Assembly: GCF_009914755.1 (NCBI RefSeq)
Contig: NC_060935.1
From: the human T2T-CHM13v2.0 reference genome, Homo sapiens
Strand: one strand, 5' to 3'
Length of the DNA stretch: 64,000 bases
A program made the translations under genes and the position numbers. Shown here in pieces: positions 27,101 to 38,730 of this stretch. Positions within the stretch are counted from its first letter, which is position 1; the number at the start of each line of letters is the position of its first letter. The notes under the pieces were generated by a model, which saw only the letters and a program-made list of their open reading frames with translations, was not told the DNA's origin and did not search any database.

Positions 27101-29300
27101 TTGCAACTTCTGGGCCAACCAGCCTCCATCCAAGTGTCAGACTGGGCACAACCATATCCACCTGCCTCCCTGCACCCGTGGACCCTAGAGCAAGCAAGCA
27201 GAGAAGGCACCAGGAGCCCAGCCACTGGGCAGAGGAGCTGGGCGGTCCGGGAACTTCGGTGCATGGATGCTACCCATCAGTCAATTACAGTCAATGGAAG
27301 AGCATTTATTAAGTACCTCTCTCAACCCTGGTTCCTTTCTCTGCATCCCACCCTTTCATGTAGATTTTTGGCAGGGGTTGTATCCACCTTGAGCCAGGTG
27401 AGTTCACCTCCCTGCTCCCACTTCCTGAGTGGGTGGAGCACAGCAGGCCTCTAGCCCCCAATGAAGGAATTAACCATGAAGGAATCACAAAGCTGGGGAA
27501 AGAGAATAACAAAAGGAAGGAGAATAGGGTGAGTTCCTTCCCCTTCTCCCAACCCTTCCCACCACCCTTTGTCCATCCCAGGATTACGTTAACCCCTAGT
27601 GTGCTGGACCAACCAGAGCTCTGGGAAGCTCTCGTTTCTCTGGGTTCCGGATGTGGACATATGTAATTGAAGGGTTCCTGGAAGCTCAAATCCCCATGGC
27701 CAGGCAAGTCCTAGAGCCCGAACTTCTGTATCTCTGGCTGGCTTCCCAGGCCATCCAGTGTGAGAAGACCTCTCACTCTCACCAAGACCACCCTCTGGGG
27801 GCAGGGTGGGCAGTGACACCTGTGAGCCCTGGATTTTCCCCACCCCCCACATCGAGCAGGGCAGCACCCCAGGCTTCACGGGTGGAGGCACCCCAGTACT
27901 GGCTTTCACAAACTGCTTCCCAGACATCCACCACTTAGTGAGATTGGCGGGGCCCTCGTAGTGAGCTGGCTGGCAGCAGAAGAGGCATAGAAGGGAATGA
28001 GGCCAGGCTTCTGCCTTCCAGGAGTGCACCCTAGCCCCGGAACTAGGCAGCCAGACTGGTCCCTCGATAACAAACTGCCTGGCCATTCTGCGGCAAAGCA
28101 CATTGCAGGAACTCGGGATCTAATATTCCTGCCCCACGAGGAGATGGTCTCTGTACACTGACCCCCTATTCTGCCACCCCAAGGCGGGGACCACGTGCTC
28201 CAGTCAAGATCCGCCCCCCTCCCCAAAATCCCATCTTGCTAGAGCTGCAGGTCGTCTCTGGTTTCTACCCAGAGAGCTGGAGGAACTCCCCACACCCCTT
28301 GACCCACGCTTGGTGTCCAGTCAGCCGGCGAGCTCGGCAGCTTCCCCAGGGACACAAAGGGTTAAATCCAGGCGAGGGGACTCGGTCGGATTTGCCTCCT
28401 AAACGCATTTTCCAGTTCATTCCCCAGCACAATATGCCTGGGCTGGTCCCAGCCTCCGTCCCCACCCCACCCGTCAGAATGGGCCACCAGGGCCACCCCG
28501 GGGTCGGGCGCGAGGTTAACCCCTCGGCTGCCGGCAGCCCGCACCTCGAGGAAGGACACGCGGGGCACCCTCGGGAAAGTGGGTCATGCAGCTACTTGGA
28601 TGGCAGGAAGCCCGCGGTGTCTCCTCCAGGGAGAGCCCCCAGAGCTGGGAGCAGAGTTCCGAGGGGGAGCCCGGTCCCGCGCCAGGCCGGGAGGAGGCTG
28701 CCCCGGCCTCACCCTCCAGGAAAGGAACCGCAGGTGAGCGAGGAGCCGCCTCTGCCGCAGCAGCCGACTCTCCGCGCCCGCTGTGGGGCGGTGTGGGGCG
28801 GGAGGGGGCCCGAGCGTCCTGAGCCGTCTGGCAAAGGGGCCGCCCAAAGAGACGAAGCCCCCCCGCCATACTCCAAACCCGCAGCTCCGAGACTGACGCC
28901 CTCCCCCTGGGGCTGTTGTCTCCCACCCCAAGACGGTGATTACGGTGATTATTTTGCATTTATGTAACACGCAGTGTTTCCAAACTGCTTCCCGAGCAGA
29001 GAGCTGGTTATTAAATAAACAGAACGCTATTACATATTATTATTTTTTGTAAAGAACTGAGCGGAGAAAGTGCTTTCATGCTACATAGAGACGTGCATCT
29101 GACTGCTTCCCTGCAGGGCAGGCGGTTCGGCTTCTCAACCTCTTTCTCCGCCGTGCCACCTCCCACCCCCTTTACCCAAGCCGTGACCCAACTTTTCTGG
29201 CTCCTTTCACTCCCCACAATCCAGTCGTGCCCGCCATCCGGCTCCCAGCCCCGGGGAGGCATTGGATGGGGGTGGGGACAGCAGAGGTGAGCGCTCTTAC

Positions 29301-29379
29301 CTGGGAGGAAGAATGCGGTCAAGCCGAGAGCGAGTCCCCACCAGCGTCCAGCGGCGCCCGCAAGCCCCATCCGAGCCAT
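29301..29379 (-). CDS. NECTIN1: Nectin-1 coding exon 1 (signal peptide; 79 nt, phase-1 donor)
   Basis: Minus-strand translation MARMGLAGAAGRWWGLALGLTAFFLP(G) matches the known human nectin-1 N-terminus. It is followed directly by the consensus donor CAG|GTAAGA (plus strand tcttac|ctg at 29300/29301) and lies in a CpG island. Confidence 0.97.
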
Positions 29380-29577
29380 CGGGGGCCGGGGGTCCGGCGA
29401 GAGGGGCGGCGAGGGCAGCGCTCCTCGCGCAGCAGAAACCAGCCCGGAAGATGAGGGAAGATCGCTGGCGGTCGGCGGGCGCTCGAAGGATCCAGGTCAG
29501 CTGCAGCCGTCGGCCGGGGCGGGGTGGGCTGGGTGGGATCCGCGCGGCCGCAGTCCGGGCCCCGGGCCGCCGCCGGC

Positions 29578-29619
29578 TCAGAGGCTCGGCAGATGCCCGC
29601 CGCAAGTTGCACGAGTCAT
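29578..29619 (-). other. uORF2 in 5' leader (MTRATCGGHLPSL*, 13 aa)
   Basis: ATG in GGGGCATGA context (G at -3) and TGA at 29580-29578. Confidence 0.55.
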
Positions 29620-29759
29620 GCCCCTTCGCCTCCTCCGCTCTCCTCCCGGCGCCGGTCCCCGCCCTCTTCTTCCACGCAGAGCGGGGCTGGGGAGAGGGAC
29701 CCACCCCCGGCGCGCCCGGCTGCCCGGTTGCGCGGCGCGGGCTCCTGGCCCCGGCCCGC

Positions 29760-29798
29760 TCACACCCTCCCGCTCGGCTCCAACTTGCAGGCGTCCAT
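29760..29798 (-). other. uORF1 in 5' leader (MDACKLEPSGRV*, 12 aa)
   Basis: ATG in CCGGCCATGG context (G at -3, G at +4) and TGA at 29762-29760. Relevant only if the TSS is upstream of 29798. Confidence 0.55.
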
Positions 29799-31289
29799 GG
29801 CCGGCCGTCCTCCGAGGGTGGCGGGACGCACCCGGGCGGCGCAGAAGGCTCGGGGCCCAGGCGGCGGGCGCGGGGCTCGGCGGTCGGCGGCCCGGGTGGC
29901 TCTGGCTGCGCGGCCGGGCGCGAGGAGAACGGGTCGGAGGCGCCGCGCGTCCCAGCCGCCGCCGCTCTGCCGGGTGCCGGCGATCCGCAACAATGTGGAG
30001 CCGCGCTCGCTGCTCTCGCTCTCTTTCTCTCACTCGCCGAGCTCCAGCCTCTCACCCGCTCGCCCGTGATGTCAGCCAGAGGGGAGGGGTTAGCGTTAAC
30101 CCCCTCCTGGCCTCGATGCGCGCCCGCCGGGGCCCGGTCGGAGCCCGAGCGCACGCGCCTTCCCGACCGAAGCAGAGGCGGATCGCGAGCGCGGGCTGCG
30201 GGGTCCGGCTCAGGACCCTCGCTCGGGAGCTACCCCTCGGCCGCCTTCCAGCTGGGGAGCCGGCTGGAGCGCGGGCTGCCCTCCTCCTCCGCTGACAAAG
30301 GCAGGCAGTGACCCCTAGCGGCCGGCGGCGCCGAGGCGCGGCGGGTGGGGGTGGAGTTAGGACCGGGCCGGGGGCGGCGGTGGAGGAGAGGGCGGGATGG
30401 AGAATCCCGGCTAGCAGCGTGGGAGCTGGCAAGGCTTCTGCAAGCCCTCTGCTCCCACCCTGGCCCCATTTCACAGACGAGGAAACAAAGGCCCAAAGAA
30501 GAGTTCCGCCCGGGACGGAACGTGGTATAGCTCGCAACAGAACCCAGTCTCCGGAGATCCCTCTCCTCTGCACCACTTGGACGTTCCACGGAGAGGCAGC
30601 GGTGCGCGGGGCGACGGGGAGCTGCCAGAGAAGTCAGTGGTGGGCATGAGTGGGTGAGACGGGCCCACTGAGGTTTCTGGTAGAGTTTCTTTTCTAATCC
30701 CTGCTCCCTTCGGGGGTTCCTTTTCCAAAAATTGAAGCACCCCGCGCCCCGCCCTTGCCCAAACATAGCCTGAAAACGAGCTCTCCTCCAGTTTCCAGGA
30801 CCTTAGTTTTGAGAGATTTGTGGGATTCCCGCGAAAGTGGATCGTCCAGTCAGTGTCCCTGGCAGGGCAGGGACTCTCCGCCCCATCCCGTTCACCACCC
30901 ACTACATCCGGGTGTGGTAGGATTTCTGCCAAGGCGACTGCGCCCTCCGGGCCTTCCCTCTTCCCCTTACTCTGGTCCTCCTATCCCCATCCCCTCCCCC
31001 TGGGGGAGGAAGACAGACAGAGTTTCCCACTAAGGAGAGCCGAATTCTCCCCAGACCCTGGCCGGACACTGCTCCCTCTACCCTTTGCCCAGCCCTCTAG
31101 GCGGGCAGGAGCAGAGGGGAAGTGGCTGTTTCTGATAACACGTAAATTCTGGTTCCTCACTGGAGAAGGGGCAAAGACAGCGCCATATTCCCACTGTCTG
31201 GAATCCGGCCCTGGAGTGTCTCGGTTTCTCGCGGAAGTAGTCAGATCTGGCATTGTCATGAACACTCACCCACTCACTGTATGGTCTTT

Positions 31290-32328
<1,039 letters not shown>

Positions 32329-32888
32329 GCACTCTCTCCATCTTTAGGTCAGGCTTCTTTGATCCTCTGATCTTAAATGAGCTTCCAAAGAGGGTGCGGC
32401 CAGCAGGGAAGATGTGGCTGCCTGGGGATTGGTTGGGTGGAGAAGATGGAAGCAAGTAAGTGATATAGTATGGTTGTTCACTCATCATCTTTAAACAAGC
32501 AGGGAAGGTTGCTGGGGGAGGGGACATTTAACTGAGACCCTGAAGGACAGATCAGATTTGGACCAAAAGAGGCAGGAGAGAGACTCCTAAGTGGAAGGAA
32601 CAGCTTGTACAAGAACATGGAGGTGCGTGGAGGTGGGAGAGGTGCCACCTGTGTTAGGACAGTAGGCATTCCAGTTTGTTTTGCGTTTTAGAGATGTATA
32701 AGAGAAAGGGACAGGTAGGCGCAAACAGAAGGCAAAAGGACCAGAAGGTTTCCTTTAGTGACAGGGAAGAAACACAGGATCAAGCAGCAGGAAAGCAGGC
32801 TTTGGTTCCTGCTCTTAAGCTGTGAGCCCAGGAGTCACTCTTGCTTCTTACCTCTTCCTGAACCACCATGTTCCAATTTTGTTGATTC

Positions 32889-33062
32889 TGCCCCTGAGAT
32901 ATATATATATATATATATCCTTTATATATATATATATAGTCTAGTGACATTGATATGCCCCTGATATGCCCCTGAGATATATATATATATCCTTTATATA
33001 TATATATATCCTTTATATATATATATTCTTTATATATATATATATAAAGTCTAGTGACATTG
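32889..33062. repeat. (TA)n-rich tandem duplication
   Basis: Two copies of GCCCCTGAGA(TA)n-CCTT(TA)n-GTCTAGTGACATTG. Confidence 0.9.
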
Positions 33063-33169
33063 CTCCATTTCTCCTGTTATTAATCTAGTCCATGCACTCA
33101 TGATTTCTACCTGGTCTTTACAATACTTTCTGACAGTATAGCCAGTCTGCACTGAGATGGGGAGTAAAA

Positions 33170-33445
33170 TGTAACAGTCCAGCACATGGAACTCTGGAGA
33201 GCTAATCTGCCTGGATTGGAATTCTTAAACTCCAGCTCTGACACCCAATAGCTATGTGTCCTTGGGCAAGTGACTTAACTTCTCTGTGCTCAGGTACCTT
33301 CTCTGTAAAACAGGGAGAAATAAGAGCACCTACCTCTTGAAGTTGTGAGGATTAAATGAGCCTTGAGCCAAACATGTGAAGTGCATGGAACAATGCCTGG
33401 TGTACAGTAAAAACTGTCTAAGTATTAGTCATCATTATTATTGTC
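33170..33445 (+). mobile_element. MIR
   Basis: GTGTCCTTGGGCAAGTGACTTAACTTCTCTG...GTTGTGAGGATTAAATGAG. Confidence 0.8.
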
Positions 33446-33494
33446 ATCTGTCTCTCCACATCCAGTTTTCCCCTTCCTGAAAATGGTTTATATA

Positions 33495-33765
33495 TATTTT
33501 ACAAGCTTTATTTTGAAATAATTTTGGATTTGCAATAGAGTTGTGAAAATGGTACAGAGTTTTCATATGCCCTTCATTCATCTTCCCTGAATGTTAACAT
33601 CTTATAGAACCATGGTACATCTATCAAAACTAAGAAATTAGTGTTAATATAATACTATTAACTGAACTACAGAATTTATTCAGATTTCCCCAGGTTTTTT
33701 CCCACTAATGTCTATTTTTTGTTCCACAATTTAATCCAGGATACAACATTACATTTAGTAGTGGA
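33495..33765 (-). mobile_element. Old L1M (L1MC/ME-like) 3' fragment
   Basis: AT-rich TTTATTTTGAAATAATTTT...AATGTTAACATCTTA...CAAAACTAAGAAATTA typical of antisense L1M 3' ends. Confidence 0.7.
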
Positions 33766-34449
33766 TTATTTTCAAATGCAGATGGTCAAGTTGCAATGCC
33801 CAGGAACAATTTCTTGGCCTGCCAGACTCTTAGACCAGTGTCAAGTCCTCAACAAGGCCTAAGGGGCCCATGCCTGCTTCTGCAGCCTCATCTCACCCTG
33901 CTCTGAGGCTTCAAGGAGGAGCCACTGGGATTTCTAATCATCCCCTGCTATAGATTTTGCATACTTGGGACCACTTTCGTGATGGTTTATAGTGCCTGAT
34001 TCACTCCCCATTAGACTGTCAGCTCCTCCAGGGCAGGGATCATGTTGCTGTTGTTCTCTGCTATATCTCTAGCACCTAGAACATGCCTGGTACCTGATAG
34101 GCTTGTAATGAAAATGTGTTGATTAACTCACATCCTGTGCCACTTTCTGCCAATCACTTCCCCTCTCTGGACCTCAGTTTTCTCATCTGCAGACTGAGGA
34201 GTTTAATTTGTTCACTGGTTTTCCAGTTGTGTTTTGGAAACCCTAGAATTTCCTGGGCTCAACAGGAGCCACATTTAAAGAGCATGTGTTTTCATGTGCT
34301 TGAAAATTGGGCTTTTGAGAAAGATATCTCTTAATGGATTTTGAAGATTCTGCTGCTTAAAAAGGTTTGAAAACGTGACAGATTATTGTATATTATGAAT
34401 TACATATAGTTGCATGATTTTACAACTCCATTATTTATTTATTTATTTT

Positions 34450-35300
34450 TGCAGGCAGTGGGGAGCCATGGAAAGTTTCTGAACAGAGAAGCACTTATTG
34501 GGAACTGTCAGAGCTATGCTTCAGGAGATGAATCTGGCAACAACGTGGGTAGGATGGACAGATGATGATTGGTCAGTGAAGGAGGAGGGGAGTGAGGAGA
34601 GAGGGTTGTCATGGAAGCCAAGTGAGAAGAGGATTTAATAGAGGAGGTGGAGGAGGTTGCTAACAGTGTCTGATGCTGCAGAAAGCAGGTGGGGATCAGA
34701 AGGGGTCTTTGGAAGCAGTGGCAAAACCACCAGTGACCTTTGAGAGAGGGATGTTGGTGACTAGGCAGGGGCTGAACCCAGATCAAAGTGGGAGGAGGAG
34801 CAACTGGAAGGTGAAAAAGCAGAGGCAGCAGGTATCCTCTCTGCTTTTGAGAAGTTTGGTGGCGGACGGAATGAGCAAGGTGGATGAGAAGCTCGGAGAG
34901 GGTTAGCAAGACAGACCAAGAGGCTTATTTTCTCCTTTTTCGTCGGAAATCAAAAGCTACTGAGCATCTTGTAGTCAGAAGGAAAAGAGCTAGTGGACAG
35001 TGAGGGAGTGGAGAAGCAAGTGTAAGAAGTGAAATAGGGTGTCATTTATGGAGCAAGTCCTGGGTTGGGGGGCACTGAGGGTGGGAAGGGGTCAGCCTTG
35101 GAAAGGAGAAGACCCATCTTTCTCTGAGCCTGGAGGGAAGGTGAAGAGAGTAGTGAAGGTGGAAGTTTTGGGGTGGAGTAGTGAAGGGGGAAGTTTATAA
35201 TAAGGTCATTGCAGTACAGTGGGAGCTGAAGTTATCTGCAGAGAGAGGTTGGAAAGCGGCTTCAGACTTCACAATTGAGAAGGCCAAAGGGAGTGTTAAG
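34450..35300 (-). mobile_element. L2 fragment(s)
   Basis: GCAGGCAGTGGGGAGCCATGGAAAGTT..., CAGTGTCTGATGCTGCAGA..., CAGTGACCTTTGAGAGAG. Confidence 0.55.
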
Positions 35301-37825
35301 TGGGGTATGACTACCAAGCTTCCAAAATCTATAGGGAGAAAGGAGCAAGCATCATCTGTGTGTCTTCATAGGGAAAAGTCAGGACCAATGGTCATATTTT
35401 TGGGGGAGGTAGATTTCAGTTTAATCTAGGCAAGACTGTTGAGGGATCTTAGTTGACCGACAATGGATTGACCTCCCAGTCACTTTTCAGACTCAGGCTG
35501 CAAGCCCGTTCATCAGGCATGCTGTGCATGGGCTTCTTGCCCTGGCATGGAGCATGGATGCAATGAGGTCCATGTTCCCTCCTGGCCCTGAGACTTGATA
35601 ACTGCAGGAATGACAGCCCACTTGAAGAGCAGGCAGTTGGGCTCACCTTTCTCACCCACCTCAGGACTGGAGGCATGAGGTGGGGAGACTAGACGAGATC
35701 AGCCCTGGGGAACGTACCATCCCTAGGAAACTCTCCTCTGAGCCCTCCCTTGACTTCCACAGGTTCTTTCAGAGAGGCAGCTGTTGGGCTTGGAAAAGGC
35801 CCAAAGTCAATACAGTAATGACTTCCCCTCCTGGTCATATCCCAGGCCCCTCTGTGTCATTCAGAAATTGGCTAATAAAGTTCACTTTGATGTGAGAGGA
35901 GCCCTATTAAGAATTCCCCAAGATTCCCCAATCCCCTGAAATCTGTCAATAGGAGAAGATATGTTGGAGTGGCATGCTGGATGGGGGTCACCCCCTTTTG
36001 TGTCCCCAGTCCTTACCCTGGTGTCAGTTGAGGCTGAGAGCAAGGGGAGAGGAAAGGAGGAGGAATCCCATGAAGAAAGTATGGCTGAAGCCTTAGCCAA
36101 CCCCAAAGAGGACCCAGCTGGCATGGCTACCCTCTTGCCCTAACCTGAGGCCAACCTCACCTCAGGCAGTGCTCCCAGGGTAGATGGGAAGCCACAGCAC
36201 CTAATTACTATGGTCATCACGCTGGTGGCTGTGGTGATTATGATGGTGCCTCTGTATCCCACAGCGCTTAGCAACATTTAATTACTGTTATTCCTATGGA
36301 GATCACTGCAGAGTCTTGGCTGCCATTGCTCTTGGGGATGGAGCAACTACACACAGCTGCACCCACTCCCCAGTCCAATGATCCACTGTGTTGAAGTGCT
36401 GCCAGGATGGTTAACAGACACCAGCCTCTCCCTTGTGGGCCATGGTGTCCCAGCGATCTGCATGGCTTTTGGGGCTGAGCTCTGAGAGGTGATAGGAAGG
36501 CCCAAGTTCCATCTTGAACCATCTAACTCTCCAGAAAGAAGGGAAATTGTTCTATGCCTTGTGTCTGGTCAGAAGGCCCTCAGTATACTTCTGTGAATCA
36601 TGACGTCCCAAATCCTAAAGAATTCTGGTTGTGAGTAGAGGCGGCACTCCTGATTAGGGATGGGAGCACTTAAAACTCAACGGTGATACTGAGAAGAGGG
36701 TTTCATCCAGGATCCGCATAGACCGGAGAGCTTAGGTCATGAAGATGGGAAGGGACGGAGTGGAGCTTCTGTGTGGAGCATGCCTTATGTAGAAAGATGA
36801 AAGGGAAAAGGGCTTTGAGAAAGGAAGATACTCAACCTCCCACCCACACTTTCCTCCCTTTGATGATGCTCTTATATCCAGGGATGGGTGTTATGGTCAG
36901 GATAATTATCAGGATGGACTACTTGTCTAGAGGAACCAGATTTTTCTTGCAAGTTATGTGAAAACCAAGAAATAGAAGGTATTGTTAGGGAAGAGCAGAG
37001 TTCCTGGATCAGCCCAACCCCAGCAGAAAAAGCTCATGGTTGATGCCTGCCTGGGAGTGGGGAGGTAAGGCTGGGGCTGTGGAGCTGTGGGTCTTGACTC
37101 TTTGGTTTCAGACCTTTTCGGGATCTGATGAGCGCTGTGTCCCTGAAAACTGCACATACGCACAAGGACAGTGTTTGCATGGCAACCTGCTGAAGCCCAG
37201 CTGGGGCCTTGAGTTAGGAATCCCTGCTGAAGAAGGAGTGCTTTGGGAAGGAGGCAGCCCTGAGCCCAGACTCCCTGTGATCTGGGCTAATGACTGATGC
37301 TAATGACATGGAGAACCCCAAATGAGGAAAGTCCAACCCAGACCCTTCTATAATATGAAGTGAAAAGAACAAGTATTATCCATAGACTGCATTATAATTC
37401 TGTAAAAATATACACTTATAAAGAGAAAAATGTGAAGGTGACATGGAGAAATGAAAATAATTTGTGGGTGAAGAGTTTTTATTTTATTTAAAATTTACTT
37501 TAATATCATTATGAGGCTACTTTAATAATAGATTTAATTTTATTTCTCTATTATGTAAAGTGCTTTTCCTGAAGAAATGAGCTTTCAAATTATATTTGAT
37601 TTAGGTTAATATTAATGCCCTGTACATCCTGAGTACATGTTTCCAGAAAGAGGTGATCCAGGAGGCTGCCAAGTGGCCTGCAGGTGACATCCAGAGGGCA
37701 GAAAATGCCCATGCAGGTAACTGAATTCTGAGGAACATGAGACCACGTGCTACCAAGGAGGCAGCCAAGGGAGAGGATGCTGTGTTCTGGAGTTAGGTTT
37801 GAGTCCTGGACCTGCCATTTACTAA

Positions 37826-37939
37826 CCGTGAAACCTGGAGTTTACCTGGGGCTGAGGAGGGGGTGGTTCCCAGGACACGGGACTTTCAGTGCTAAAATTG
37901 GGAAGGTCCTAGGCAAAGTGGGACAAGTTGGTCACCCTA
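37826..37939. mobile_element. MER81-like hAT-Blackjack MITE inside a MIR
   Basis: GGGACTTTCAGTGCTAAAA...GGGACAAGTTGGTCACCCTA. Confidence 0.7.
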
Positions 37940-38209
37940 TTAATAAGCTATTAATACCTCTGTCAGCCTCAGTCTCCTCACTTGTAAGATGACACTGACG
38001 ACTCCCAGGATCTTTGTAAAAGCATTTTGTATGCCATCTTCATACCTGTTGGGGATGATGATTATCATTGGTGGGGTGGGATGGAGGAAGAGAGTGGGGA
38101 AAGGGGTGCTTCTCCCCAGCCTTGAGATCTGAGAGACCAAGAGCCTGTCTGGATGGGTATCATGATTTGTATATGGAGAGCTTAAGACAACTGGTCTCTC
38201 ACAACTGGC

Positions 38210-38730
38210 TTTTAACAATAATTCGTTCAAGAAATGTGTATGGACCACCTACAATCAGATCTGTGCTAGGCATTTGGATATTCCGTGAATGGCTGCAACA
38301 TGCTGTCTTCCTTCCTGGGACCAAAGTCTAATGGGGGAGGCAAGGATCCATAAGGAAGTGGACAGCAGGGAAAGCTAGGGACTTCAGGAATGTCAGGTGT
38401 GCAAGGACCCTTCCCTAGTCTAGGGGGTCAGGAAGGGTCAGGGCATGTTCCTGCAGAGATGAGTAGAGCTCCCTTGAGGGATGAGGACTGGCTGGCCAGG
38501 GATGTCATGTTGTAGAGAAATCAGGCACAGGAGAAGACAGCAAGAAGGCCCAGAGGCTGGGTGCTCCGAAGGACTGAGAGTAGTTCATTCAGTCTGGCTG
38601 GTGCGGTGCAAGAGGTGAGTGTTAGAGAGGGGCCTGGGGAGTCACGTGCCCATGTCATGAGGGCCTTTGTGCTGCATTATGGAGTTTGGACTTCATCCTG
38701 AGGGTCACAGGGAGCCGTGCATGGTAGGGC
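38210..38730 (-). mobile_element. L2 fragment
   Basis: GACCACCTAC...GTGCTAGGCA...AGTCTAATGGGGGAGGCA...GGAGTTTGGACTTCATCCTGAGGG...GGGAGCC. Confidence 0.6.

Larger units (their letters stand above)
29380..30030 (-). other. NECTIN1: Probable NECTIN1 5' UTR (non-coding part of exon 1); upstream end approximate
   Basis: Very GC-rich sequence contiguous with the ATG. The TSS cannot be read from sequence; ~30030 is inferred from a purine-rich minus-strand tract and my recollection of a ~650-nt leader. Confidence 0.55.
28330..30950. promoter_or_regulatory. Promoter CpG island of NECTIN1, probably bidirectional
   Basis: Dense CpG and very high GC. GC boxes near 30370, 30390 and 30747; NRF1-type GCGCACGCGC at 30149-30158; E2F-type TTCCCGCGAAA at 30826-30836; CTCF-like CGGCCGCTAGGGGTCACTG on the minus strand at 30306-30324. 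No TATA box seen. Confidence 0.9.

Noticed and set aside
28236-28967. 243-aa and 242-aa (30820-31548) ORFs at the CpG island edges
   Set aside because: Non-ATG starts, GC-driven, and no recognisable protein features.
29262-30311. 349-aa plus-strand ORF and overlapping 225-aa and 285-aa ORFs in the CpG island
   Set aside because: Low-complexity Ala/Arg/Gly/Pro sequence expected from stop-poor GC-rich DNA. The two longest start at non-ATG codons, no domain is recognisable, and they overlap NECTIN1 exon 1.
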